Positions 10,027-19,268 of a stretch of 64,000 bases of DNA are shown piece after piece. The first letter of the stretch is position 1. Each line of letters begins with the position of its first letter. The stretch is from an uncultured Bacillota bacterium (lineage in GTDB: Bacteria; Bacillota_I; Bacilli_A; RFN20; CAG-826), in the NCBI GenBank assembly GCA_949299565.1, contig OX437086.1:678919-742918 (forward strand), read 5' to 3'. The notes beneath the pieces were generated by a model. That model had not been told where the DNA came from. It ran no database searches and saw only the letters and a list, made by a program, of their open reading frames with translations. The translations under genes were made by a program, and so were the position numbers.

Positions 10027-10923
10027 TCAAAGCCTATTTTCATCTAAATATTTATAGAGAACAGCGAAATTTTCTGTAAAGTTTTTAAGAAGGATAAACA
10101 CTGTTTTGTTATTTTCGTCTTTCAATTTCATCATGTAGTAATTTTCTTCTATGTGCAGGTTACGATGGTCATGTGCTTTTTTAAGATAAAAAGGCTTATG
10201 AATGATGATGTTGCCGTTATCGATTGCGAGATAATGGAAGAAATAATTTAAGTAGCAATAAAGAGAAAAACCAAGCGTTAATATAGAACATAGCCAAAAT
10301 ATAATTGTCGCATATAGCGGGACGGGGAGTTCGAAAAGGTTTGGTATTACGCTGATGATCGCCAATGCCAATATCGCAAGCCCGAGAAGTCCGGTCCAAA
10401 ACCCCGAATAAGCCGTCACTTTATTAGCTCTAACGACCTTGCTTTCTAAGTTGATTTTTCGCGTTTCCACTGAGTTTGCGTAAGCTTCCAGAAACGCTTC
10501 AACGTTTGTATGAAATGAAGTGAAAGCGAATAGTTCTTTGCCGGTCTTATTAGAGGTTGCAACGATTCTGCCTGCTGAATAAACGATGACGAAATCTTTA
10601 TATTTATATTCTCGTTTGATGAAGAATATATTTTTTATAAGAGAACTTTTTTGGATTTTGCAATAACTAAAAAATAGCAAAAGTGAAAGCATAAGAAAGA
10701 CGAATGATATCGGGATGAATATTGCAATGCCTAACCAGAATGATTGATCTGACAACACATATGATAGTAGAGCGCCTATCCAAGAAAATAGAGAGCAAAA
10801 ATATAACGCACGACCAAAAATCGGCTGATATCTAATACTTTCTTTTGTTTTGTGAACATAAATTTCGGATATCGTGATCGTTAATGCCAAAAATCCTAAA
10901 TAAATAAAAATTAGATACCACAT
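10027..10923 (-). CDS. Hypothetical AT-rich membrane protein with internal tandem architecture
   Basis: 298-aa ORF, about 5 TM segments in two TM+soluble modules; opposite to local orientation. Confidence 0.75.
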   Translation of the reverse strand: MWYLIFIYLGFLALTITISEIYVHKTKESIRYQPIFGRALYFCSLFSWIGALLSYVLSDQSFWLGIAIFIPISFVFLMLSLLLFFSYCKIQKSSLIKNIFFIKREYKYKDFVIVYSAGRIVATSNKTGKELFAFTSFHTNVEAFLEAYANSVETRKINLESKVVRANKVTAYSGFWTGLLGLAILALAIISVIPNLFELPVPLYATIIFWLCSILTLGFSLYCYLNYFFHYLAIDNGNIIIHKPFYLKKAHDHRNLHIEENYYMMKLKDENNKTVFILLKNFTENFAVLYKYLDENRL

Positions 10924-11374
10924 AAAACTATTTTGCTTTGTTTATTAAAACAACTAAAAATTCTAATTGATTCTTAATATAACTCACATCGATAGCATAA
11001 TATGTTTTATTGGTTAATTGAATAGCTAGAAAACGTTTTAAACTTAGCAGCAAGTGCAAAAAACTTTACTTCATTTATTCTTTAATACCTAGACTATTAA
11101 AAAATAAACGATCATATTCATAAATAATATTGTCGCCATTTTGCGTTGTTGTAGAGATAAGGTCTTCTCCTTATCAAGAATAGTTGCGGTTTGAAAGCCA
11201 TCAGCAAAAATGGTTGTAATTTTTTGGCCTTTGGTAACATTGTCGTCAGAATAGTTATCTGATACAAAGTTATTGCAGGATTTGTTGTGTTAACTTAGCG
11301 ATCAACCCTTTTTATTTTGTAAGTTTCCTTATCATTCTTTATTATTAAGACTAGGAAAAGAGGAATTGATACCT

Positions 11375-12067
11375 ATGAGCAAAAGTTCTTTATATGATTA
11401 TGGACGTTTCTTCGATCATACATGTTTAAAAGCTAACGCGATGCCGGAGGATATCGTTAAGCTTTGCCATGAAGCTGAACATTATCATTTCCGCACAGTG
11501 TGCGTTAATCCGTTTTATGTGCCATATGCGAAAAAGTTGTTGCGGGGGACTTCGGTTAAAGTGTGCACAGTAATCGGCTTCCCTTTAGGGGCGTCAACGA
11601 TTGAAAGCAAACGCTATGAAGCTTTAGATGCTGTTAGTAGAGGTGCGGATGAAGTTGATATGGTTCAAAACATCGCGATGGCTAAAGCTCATGATTATCT
11701 TTATATCGAACGCGAAATTCGCGCTATAAAAGAAGCGATTCAAGGTCGCGCCCTTTTGAAGGTAATTTTAGAAACATGTTATCTCACGAAAAAAGAAATT
11801 GCTTGTTGTTCGATGGCGGCTCAAAAGGCGGGAGCGGATTTTGTTAAAACTTCGACGGGCTTTGGACCTAAAGGAGCAGATCCGCGCGATGTTTTAATTA
11901 TGCGAAAAGCAGTTGGACCGAAGATGGGAGTCAAGGCCTCTGGCGGAATCCACACACGGGAAGACGTCTTTAGAATGTTTAAAGCGGGAGCCAATAGAAT
12001 TGGCTGCTCCGCAAGCGTCTCAATCATGAAAGAAATCCTGATGGACGAAAACAAAATTCGCCAGTAA
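11375..12067 (+). CDS. deoC: Deoxyribose-phosphate aldolase
   Basis: DHT.LK, VIGFPLG, KVILET, FVKTSTGF, VKASGGI. Confidence 0.98.
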   Translation: MSKSSLYDYGRFFDHTCLKANAMPEDIVKLCHEAEHYHFRTVCVNPFYVPYAKKLLRGTSVKVCTVIGFPLGASTIESKRYEALDAVSRGADEVDMVQNIAMAKAHDYLYIEREIRAIKEAIQGRALLKVILETCYLTKKEIACCSMAAQKAGADFVKTSTGFGPKGADPRDVLIMRKAVGPKMGVKASGGIHTREDVFRMFKAGANRIGCSASVSIMKEILMDENKIRQ

Positions 12068-12068
12068 A

Positions 12069-12097
12069 TAAAAGAGGGATTATCCCTCTTTTTTTTC
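12069..12097. terminator. Bidirectional terminator between convergent deoC and GT2 genes
   Basis: AAAGAGGGA-TTA-TCCCTCTTT plus T run; A-rich on the other side. Confidence 0.75.
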
Positions 12098-13030
12098 TAA
12101 TATTTTGTCAATGAGATTTTTATATCTTTGAGGAATTTTGCTATTTTCTTTATATAGATCCTTCCGATAAGAATTTAATTCTTTTTTCTCGTTTTTATCA
12201 CGTGTTTTATCTAGGCGTCTATCATATTTTAACGATAAATATATTCGCGAACGATGTTTTGACAATAATTTGAGATATTGCCGATTATTAGTGGATAAAA
12301 ACAAATATTTTAAAAACCAATAAACTCCTAAATGTATACTTTCTCTGTTATTTCTGTTTTCGGAAGTTAAAGAATTGAGACCTTTTCTATAATAATAGAG
12401 AGTTTTTCTCGTGAAGATGACTTTTTGACTTTTTAAAAGCAAAGACACCATGGTTGGCAAATCTTCAAATAGTTCAAATTTTGTTTCAAAAATCCACGCG
12501 TTATCTTCAAACAATTTTTTTCGAAATAATTTACCCCAAAGGAATGATCGAAAACTTATATCGCTCAGCAATAACGAGATGGCTTTTTCTTGTCCAAAGA
12601 TTCTTTTCTTTCTAAAAGGATAGGGGACGACTCTTTCGTCTTTAAATATTGCAAACGAACCGACAGCAATGTCGGCTTTTGTTTCGTAGATTAAAGGATG
12701 TAAAACTTTTAAAAAATTCGCGGCAATCATATCGTCCGCGTCGACGAAAGCAATGAAAGGCGCTTTCGCTTCCTTTAAACCAGCCAGTCTCGCCTCGTTT
12801 GGCAACAACTTAACGGCAGAACGGACGATTCTAATGTTGAGGTTTTGTGTTTGAAATTTATGAGCGATGTCCAGCGTTTCATCTTCAGATGGCGAAAGGA
12901 CAATAATCACTTCATAAGCGATCTTGCTCTCTTGTGATACGATGCTTGTTAGAGTGGCTGACAATGTCTTACCAGCATTGAAGGCTGGAACGATAAAAGA
13001 AACGATAGGATTTATCATAACGATTGACAT
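12080..13030 (-). CDS. Family 2 glycosyltransferase
   Basis: VSFIVPAFN, FVDADD (DxD), LWGKLFR, FED, YYYR motifs. Confidence 0.9.
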   Translation of the reverse strand: MSIVMINPIVSFIVPAFNAGKTLSATLTSIVSQESKIAYEVIIVLSPSEDETLDIAHKFQTQNLNIRIVRSAVKLLPNEARLAGLKEAKAPFIAFVDADDMIAANFLKVLHPLIYETKADIAVGSFAIFKDERVVPYPFRKKRIFGQEKAISLLLSDISFRSFLWGKLFRKKLFEDNAWIFETKFELFEDLPTMVSLLLKSQKVIFTRKTLYYYRKGLNSLTSENRNNRESIHLGVYWFLKYLFLSTNNRQYLKLLSKHRSRIYLSLKYDRRLDKTRDKNEKKELNSYRKDLYKENSKIPQRYKNLIDKILEKKEG

Positions 13031-13047
13031 TGTATCCCTTCTTTTTC

Positions 13048-13076
13048 TTGACGTCTAAAACTTCCTCCGCCATAAT
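13048..13076 (+). promoter_or_regulatory. SigA promoter of rpsU
   Basis: TTGACG, 17 bp, CATAAT. Confidence 0.65.
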
Positions 13077-13110
13077 CCTTACTGCCTTAGAAAAGAGGTG
13101 AAATTAGAAA

Positions 13111-13287
13111 GTGGCTATCAAAGTTACTTTGCGTGAAGGCGAATCGTTAGACGAGGGAATGCGGAGATTCAAGCGTTCCGTCAATAAATCAGGTGTTTTG
13201 CTTGAAACACGGAAACGTGAATTCTATTTAAAGACCGCGCTTCGCCGTAAAATGAAGTCAGAATTGGCTCGCCGTAAAAAATGGTAA
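13111..13287 (+). CDS. rpsU: 30S ribosomal protein S21 (not in ORF track)
   Basis: Manual translation from [69 protein letters not shown]. Confidence 0.97.
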   Translation: MAIKVTLREGESLDEGMRRFKRSVNKSGVLLETRKREFYLKTALRRKMKSELARRKKW

Positions 13288-13292
13288 ATCCT

Positions 13293-13315
13293 AACCCGTC
13301 AATGACGGGTTTTTT
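13293..13315 (+). terminator. Intrinsic terminator after rpsU
   Basis: AACCCGTC-AAT-GACGGGTT followed by T run. Confidence 0.85.
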
Positions 13316-13363
13316 CATACATTTCATTTGCCTTTTTATAAGAGGATTTTTATTATCAAGCGT

Positions 13364-15490
13364 ATGCGTAAAAAAATTACTTCATTCTTATTACTATCTC
13401 TCGGCGCTTCCTTTTTAGTTTCATGCGTGGGGCCTATGGGTTCTAGTGTCGGCAGCACAAGCGACATTTCGTCTTTGCCTCCGGCCTCCTCTTCTTTGAC
13501 TGAACCGCAATTGGCAATCAGAGATGACGGAAATTATTACATCGGCGATACTTATAGCACGCTTGGAGAACCGACTGTTTATCTTGAAGATGGAGAAAGT
13601 TCAAGAGAACTCGACGTTACTTTTTTAAATTTAAATGTAGTTGATCCGTGGGGCTATGATTTCGAAACAGCAGACCCTTTCAGTGTTGCCGGCGATTATG
13701 TTGTTGATGCCTCTTTTAGTTACGAAGGGAAAGAATATACTCTAGCCTACACTTTCTATGTAAATTCGCTTCTTGAAATCGGAACTTCTCCTCTTCACCT
13801 ATCAGTGGAACTTGAAAAAGAACCGACACCGGGGATGAGAATTCTCGATGATAACGAAATTATTTTGGGCATCGAATGGTTGAATTACGGAGTTGAATAT
13901 TTTCGTTATGAGGAAGAGAATGCTGAATTCGCTCTTGAACTTTTCGAGAATCAACATGCCCTAAACGTAATTAATGAGCCCTTAATGAGTGATCGCGCTT
14001 ACGATTTGCGTTTTTCTTTTAGAGGACAGACAGCAAGTTACGCTTTTTCGCTTGATGAGGGGTATGTTGCCATCAGCGATCCTTCCTTTACGAGCGATGA
14101 AATCGATAGTTCCTATGCTCCTAGTAACGGCCCTTTAAATGTTTTGGTAGTGCCGATTTCTTTAGATCCTGGCGCCTACGCTGGCCTTCCGTGCCCTGAA
14201 TGGAATGAGACGACTATCTCGACCTTAAATGACGCGTTCTTTGGCGATAGCGATACATTGGTCGGGAACCGTCCTTCCTTCAAAACGTATTTTGAGTTGG
14301 CTTCTTATGGCGAGGTTTCAATCGAAGGATTTGTGGCCGATGTTTATTACGAACTTGATACACGTTACACAATGTCGGCAATCATGAACGATTCTACTTA
14401 CGGGCGCTTGAGTTCATTGATGCAGCGGGCGGTCGCTCAAACCATTGAAAATCATCCGGAAATCGATTGGAGCGACTTCGATCGCAATAACGACGCGCGT
14501 TTTGACGCTATTCATTTCGTCACTAACGTCCCTGATCAATACACGATGCAAGCTTATGTTGGTGATTGGTGGTCAACGCCCTTATGGCCGCATATGAGCG
14601 AATTAGAGCCTTTGAGCAGTGCTAGTCACGAGTTGCCGTCTGTCGGCGCTTATTCCATGAATGCGCTCGGCTTTTTTAACGATGCGATGACGGCTGTTCA
14701 TGAACAAGGACATATTTTTGGAATCGATGATTACTATGACTATTCCTATTATCGTGAATATTTAGGAAGTTACGATATGCAAGGAGCGGGTACGATGCTC
14801 GATTGGAACCCGTTCTCAAAATTCGCCGTCGGCTGGGGAACTCCTTATGTAGTGACGGGGCTTAAAGAAGAAGTGACAATCGACATCGGAGCGTTCTCTG
14901 CCACGGGTGAATCGATTATAATTCCGGCAAATTATGAGAATTTCAACGGCTCTGCGTTCTCTGAATATTTGATGATTGAACTTTATTCAGATAATGTCGG
15001 AGTCAACGCTTACGATTGGTTTGATGATTATTATCCTCGTTTAGGCAATGGATACGGCATTCGTCTATATCATGTCGATGCTCGTTTATGGGAAGCGCCT
15101 AGTTATTCCTACATCAATTCAGGAAACTTTGTCTCTTCACCCGAAGAAAGAACGGAGGGCTATAACTATTTAGGGGTTGGCTGCAATAATTCGTATGATT
15201 CTAGCGCATATGGATCATCGCCTTCACCGCGTGAATTAGAGCGTTATCCGCTCATCAATATCATTGAAGCCGATGGGAGGAACGATTTGATCAACGGCTA
15301 TAGCAGCATTCTAGAAGCAAGCGATCTTTTCTATAGCGGTGACGTCTTTAGTTGGAACGAATATAGCGATGCTCATCATAAAGACGGTCGTGAAATGACG
15401 ACGATGCATGACGGAACTACCTTCCCTTATGAAATAAGTTTCGATGAAGTGACAAGCACTTCGGCGACGATTACGATTTCTTTCCGTTAA
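13364..15490 (+). CDS. M6 (immune inhibitor A-like) metalloprotease lipoprotein
   Basis: Lipobox LVSC after signal peptide; SFKTYFELASYG, DFDRNNDARFD, HEQGHIFGIDDYY (HExxHxxGxxD), YDMQG, NPFSKFAVGW, GIRLYHVDARL. Confidence 0.85.
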   Translation: MRKKITSFLLLSLGASFLVSCVGPMGSSVGSTSDISSLPPASSSLTEPQLAIRDDGNYYIGDTYSTLGEPTVYLEDGESSRELDVTFLNLNVVDPWGYDFETADPFSVAGDYVVDASFSYEGKEYTLAYTFYVNSLLEIGTSPLHLSVELEKEPTPGMRILDDNEIILGIEWLNYGVEYFRYEEENAEFALELFENQHALNVINEPLMSDRAYDLRFSFRGQTASYAFSLDEGYVAISDPSFTSDEIDSSYAPSNGPLNVLVVPISLDPGAYAGLPCPEWNETTISTLNDAFFGDSDTLVGNRPSFKTYFELASYGEVSIEGFVADVYYELDTRYTMSAIMNDSTYGRLSSLMQRAVAQTIENHPEIDWSDFDRNNDARFDAIHFVTNVPDQYTMQAYVGDWWSTPLWPHMSELEPLSSASHELPSVGAYSMNALGFFNDAMTAVHEQGHIFGIDDYYDYSYYREYLGSYDMQGAGTMLDWNPFSKFAVGWGTPYVVTGLKEEVTIDIGAFSATGESIIIPANYENFNGSAFSEYLMIELYSDNVGVNAYDWFDDYYPRLGNGYGIRLYHVDARLWEAPSYSYINSGNFVSSPEERTEGYNYLGVGCNNSYDSSAYGSSPSPRELERYPLINIIEADGRNDLINGYSSILEASDLFYSGDVFSWNEYSDAHHKDGREMTTMHDGTTFPYEISFDEVTSTSATITISFR

Positions 15491-15529
15491 TTTAAGGCAA
15501 TATTCTTCTTTCTCATCTATTAAGAAGTG

Positions 15530-16696
15530 ATGAGGGATCTTGTTTATCAGTCTAATTTCAATAGCTGCGGCTACGCTTCACTCCGCAGCTTTTTGATTTT
15601 ATTTACCAAGAGGAAAAGCTTTCGTTATCTTCGAAGTCAAAAGAAAGAACGCCTCTCTTTAAAGGAATTAAGTTCATTGGCGGAAGAACACGGGATCATA
15701 GTTAAATGGCGGCAAGCCTTCTCTTCTAATTGTTTAAAAGAAGCGAAGAACACGCCATATCTATTGCTGCTAAAAGATCAAAAAAGCGAACATTTAGTCG
15801 TTTTGAAAAGAGTAAGAAAAAACAAGGCGCTTATTCGGGATCCTGAGCAAGGCTGGCAAGCGATTGAACTTAAAAAGCTAGAAGAACGCTGGTCGCTAAT
15901 TTATGGAGAAGGAAAGAAAAGCGAAAATATTTCCGCTCCTCTTAAAATTAAATTTTTAAATCGGCAACTGTTGACGTTCACGATAGTTTCTCTTTTCTTT
16001 TTCGTTTTTGCCTTTCTCTTTTTTCTTTTCGCTCTTTCTTGTGGAAATTTCCTTTTTATGGGAATATTGATGACTATTTCCCTTCTATCGGCCATTGCTT
16101 TTCTCTTGTCGGTTCATCTTCTTTTCAAAGATTTTAAAAGACGATATCAAAGTCTTTTCTTTGATAAAGAGAAACTTTTTGAAGAAGACTTTTTAATATA
16201 TGAGAGATTCAAAGCCCAACTTTATGGACCTATTTTGCGTTTTTCCGCTTTTTTGTCAGTATCGATAGCGATCTATCTCTTTTTACTGAAGGAATCGTTC
16301 TTTCTCTTATCTGGAAGTTTGTTTCTGCTTGCAGTTTTTCCGTTTATCTACTTCGCTCTCTTTAAGCCTTTTAAAGAATCATTAAGCAAATTAGAGAAAG
16401 AGGAAACTCATTTCATGAAACACATAAACGAAGAGAGAAAGAAAATTATTAAGTTAGAGAAGAAGGCTGCGCGTCTCGCTTTTTATAAGGGAATTATGCT
16501 TTTCGCTATTTTGGCGCTTGTGATTTTAGCCTCTTTAATTCCTTCTTTTCTTACAAAAGTTTTTCTCCTTGATAGTTTTCTTTTTGGCATAAGCGTCAAT
16601 TTCGTCCTTTTCGAATGCTTAAAAGAAATTTTCTTAAATTTAACGAGCTTAGGCGACAAGAGACTGTTCGATGCCTTTTTTGAACGTTTTTACTAA
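15530..16696 (+). CDS. C39 cysteine peptidase domain plus about 6-TM membrane domain, no ATPase domain
   Basis: YQSNFNSCG (Q..C), EHLVVL (H), IRDP (D), then hydrophobic helices; stops before any Walker motif. Confidence 0.8.
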   Translation: MRDLVYQSNFNSCGYASLRSFLILFTKRKSFRYLRSQKKERLSLKELSSLAEEHGIIVKWRQAFSSNCLKEAKNTPYLLLLKDQKSEHLVVLKRVRKNKALIRDPEQGWQAIELKKLEERWSLIYGEGKKSENISAPLKIKFLNRQLLTFTIVSLFFFVFAFLFFLFALSCGNFLFMGILMTISLLSAIAFLLSVHLLFKDFKRRYQSLFFDKEKLFEEDFLIYERFKAQLYGPILRFSAFLSVSIAIYLFLLKESFFLLSGSLFLLAVFPFIYFALFKPFKESLSKLEKEETHFMKHINEERKKIIKLEKKAARLAFYKGIMLFAILALVILASLIPSFLTKVFLLDSFLFGISVNFVLFECLKEIFLNLTSLGDKRLFDAFFERFY

Positions 16697-16729
16697 GTTT
16701 TTTAAGTTTAACAATGATATAGTAGCAGC

Positions 16730-17191
16730 ATGGAATTGTTGTATTTAGAAGAATGGGAAAGTCACATTCCTGACTTAGAGTCGTCGCTTAAAAGCGCCTT
16801 GACGAAAACCTTCAAGCGCTTGAACGTTAAAGTTAATTATGAAGTTGACCTCACTTTGGTTGATAAAGAGACAATTCATCAATTGAATTATGAATATCGA
16901 AAAATCGATAGACCGACTGATGTTTTAAGTTTTGCCTTCCTTGAAGGCGAAGACCCGATTTCCAATATTAAGAATCCACGAATATTGCGCCTTTTAGGCG
17001 ATATTTTTATCGCTGGCGAGGTAGCAGAAAAACAAGCCGAAGAATTAGGACATTCTTTAAAACGCGAGATAGTTTTTCTTTTCATCCACGGTTTATTGCA
17101 TCTATTAGGTTACGATCATCAAAACGAAGAAGAAGCCGAGAAAATGTATGCTTTGCAACGCGAGATAATTCAGGAGGTTGAGGGATTATGA
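16730..17191 (+). CDS. ybeY: rRNA maturation endoribonuclease YbeY
   Basis: DRPTDVLSF, LGDIFI, HGLLHLLGYDH. Confidence 0.97.
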   Translation: MELLYLEEWESHIPDLESSLKSALTKTFKRLNVKVNYEVDLTLVDKETIHQLNYEYRKIDRPTDVLSFAFLEGEDPISNIKNPRILRLLGDIFIAGEVAEKQAEELGHSLKREIVFLFIHGLLHLLGYDHQNEEEAEKMYALQREIIQEVEGL

Positions 17192-17589
17192 TGGACAAAG
17201 AAACGCTTATTGAATTAGCGAAAGAAGCGCGCGAACTTTCCTATTCGCCTTATTCTAAGTTTGCTGTCGGGGCGGCTTTAGAATGCGAGGACGGAAGCGT
17301 CTATTTAGGCGCGAATGTCGAGAACGCCTCTTATCCTCTCAGCATGTGCGCTGAGCGCAATGCCATTTATAACGCTTTAATGGACGGCAAAAGCAAAGAC
17401 GATTTTGTAGCTTTGGCGGTAATCGGAGATACAGAAGACCCGATCAGTCCTTGCGGTGCTTGCCGCCAAGTTCTTTCTGAATTATTTCCCGAGGAGGCCC
17501 CGATTTATTTAGCCAATCTCGACGGCAAAATTTCCATAACTGATATCCGTTCATTATTGCCTTTCGCTTTTGCTGGAGGAGATTTATGA
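17188..17589 (+). CDS. cdd: Cytidine deaminase (tetrameric type)
   Basis: YSPYSKF.VGAA, NVENASY, CAERNA, PCGACRQ. Confidence 0.97.
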   Translation: MMDKETLIELAKEARELSYSPYSKFAVGAALECEDGSVYLGANVENASYPLSMCAERNAIYNALMDGKSKDDFVALAVIGDTEDPISPCGACRQVLSELFPEEAPIYLANLDGKISITDIRSLLPFAFAGGDL

Positions 17590-18479
17590 AGTCGGGTTTT
17601 GTGGCGCTTCTAGGATTGCCTAACGCCGGGAAGAGCAGTTTGCTCAACGCTTTAATGTCAGAAAAGATTGCAATCGTGACGCCGAAAGAACAGACGACGC
17701 GCGAAAATATTCTCGGGCTCGTCAACGGGCGCGATTACCAGATCGCTTTCATCGACACTCCCGGTTTATACGAAGGCGATGAAGCTCTTGCAAAAATCAT
17801 GATTCATAGTGCTCGGCGCGCGCTTTCTGATGTCGATGCTGTTTTTTATCTCATCGATTCCTCCAAGGGCGTTCGCGAGGAAGACATAAACTGGCTCAAA
17901 AGAATTAAAACATCAGCCCCCGTCTATTTACTCTTCAACAAAATCGATCTTGTCAAAGCGCCTGACATGGAGGAATTGTTGGCATATTATCAAAAGACGA
18001 AACCGGAATGTCTCCAAATTCAATTGTCCGTGAAAACTAATTTCAATTTGAAGGAAGTTCGAGAAATTGCTAAAAAGCATTTGAAAACGGAAGGGGAGCT
18101 TTTTCCGTCTTCAATGAAAAGCGATAAAAGTTTGTCTTTCCAAGCAAAAGAGATTATTCGCGAAAAGCTTCTAGTCTTTTTAAACGACGAAGTCCCGCAT
18201 CAATGTGCGGTTCTTCTAAAACAGTTCGTAGAAGACAAAGGCGAATTCTTCATAAAAGGCGAAATCCTTGTGGAGAAGGAAGGCCAAAAGGCCATCGTGA
18301 TTGGAAAAGGCGGAGCGATGATTAAAAAAATCGGAATCAGCGCGCGGCAGGAAATGGAGCGTGTTTTTAAGAAACACGTTTTTCTTGATTTAAAGGTCGT
18401 TTACGCCCCTCATTGGCGGAGCGATTACAAAGTTTTGGCAAAACTTGGTTATGGAAAAGACGCCGTTAACGACGATTGA
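17586..18479 (+). CDS. era: GTPase Era
   Basis: GLPNAGKS, DTPG, NKID, KH domain VIGKGG. Confidence 0.98.
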   Translation: MKSGFVALLGLPNAGKSSLLNALMSEKIAIVTPKEQTTRENILGLVNGRDYQIAFIDTPGLYEGDEALAKIMIHSARRALSDVDAVFYLIDSSKGVREEDINWLKRIKTSAPVYLLFNKIDLVKAPDMEELLAYYQKTKPECLQIQLSVKTNFNLKEVREIAKKHLKTEGELFPSSMKSDKSLSFQAKEIIREKLLVFLNDEVPHQCAVLLKQFVEDKGEFFIKGEILVEKEGQKAIVIGKGGAMIKKIGISARQEMERVFKKHVFLDLKVVYAPHWRSDYKVLAKLGYGKDAVNDD

Positions 18480-19188
18480 AGGCTATATAATTCGCGTTTC
18501 GCCCTATAAAGATAAAGATGCGATCATCACAGTCCTTACGCCTCTTTCTCTCATATCCTTTCGCGCCCCCTCAGCGATGAAAAGCACGAGCCGTCTTCAT
18601 ATGGCGACGCTTATCTTAGCGCACGGGAAATTTTCTCTTAAAAAAAGCGGGAAATATTTCTCTCTTGTTGAAGTGGAACTTGATTTTTATCCGCATTTAG
18701 AAAGCGATTATTCACGTTGCGTCGCCTTTTCTTATATTCAAGAATTGGCCCAGAAGTTACTTCCTAAAGACAATATCTCTTTCGATAACAACCGAATATT
18801 TCTTTATCTCGATGAGAGCGTGCACGCGCTTATTGAAAATGTTGATGTTTATAAAACCGCGCTTTTTCTAACGGGCGGCTGGTTAAAAGAATTAGGATAT
18901 GGCTTCGAGGTGGATGAATGCTTAATTTGCGGGAGGCATGATGATATCGTCGCTTTTTCTTTTGCGGAGGGAGGCTTTTTGTGTCGTCAACACCAAAAAG
19001 AACCCGCTCTTCACGGGGCTGATCTTTTAAAAGTTGCTCGCTGGAGTTTCCGCACTGGCTTTGAGAAATGGAGAACTTCAGAAATTCCTCAAGCGCCAGC
19101 AAAAGAATTTTTCCTCACGCTCCTTGAACATATTCCGTTCTTTCTCGACATTAATTTCAAGTCTCTTCAATTGTGGAAGACATTATAA
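18451..19188 (+). CDS. recO: DNA repair protein RecO
   Basis: OB-fold N-terminus, CLICG...GGFLC zinc motif; position after era. Confidence 0.88.
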   Translation: MEKTPLTTIEGYIIRVSPYKDKDAIITVLTPLSLISFRAPSAMKSTSRLHMATLILAHGKFSLKKSGKYFSLVEVELDFYPHLESDYSRCVAFSYIQELAQKLLPKDNISFDNNRIFLYLDESVHALIENVDVYKTALFLTGGWLKELGYGFEVDECLICGRHDDIVAFSFAEGGFLCRQHQKEPALHGADLLKVARWSFRTGFEKWRTSEIPQAPAKEFFLTLLEHIPFFLDINFKSLQLWKTL

Positions 19189-19205
19189 AGTACACTTATA
19201 AGAGG

Positions 19206-19234
19206 TTGACAAACCATAGTTAAAAGAAGATAAT
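19206..19234 (+). promoter_or_regulatory. SigA promoter of glyQS
   Basis: TTGACA, 17 bp, GATAAT. Confidence 0.7.
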
Positions 19235-19268
19235 CGCACGGGCGCAAAACCTGCGTGCGAGGTTTAAG

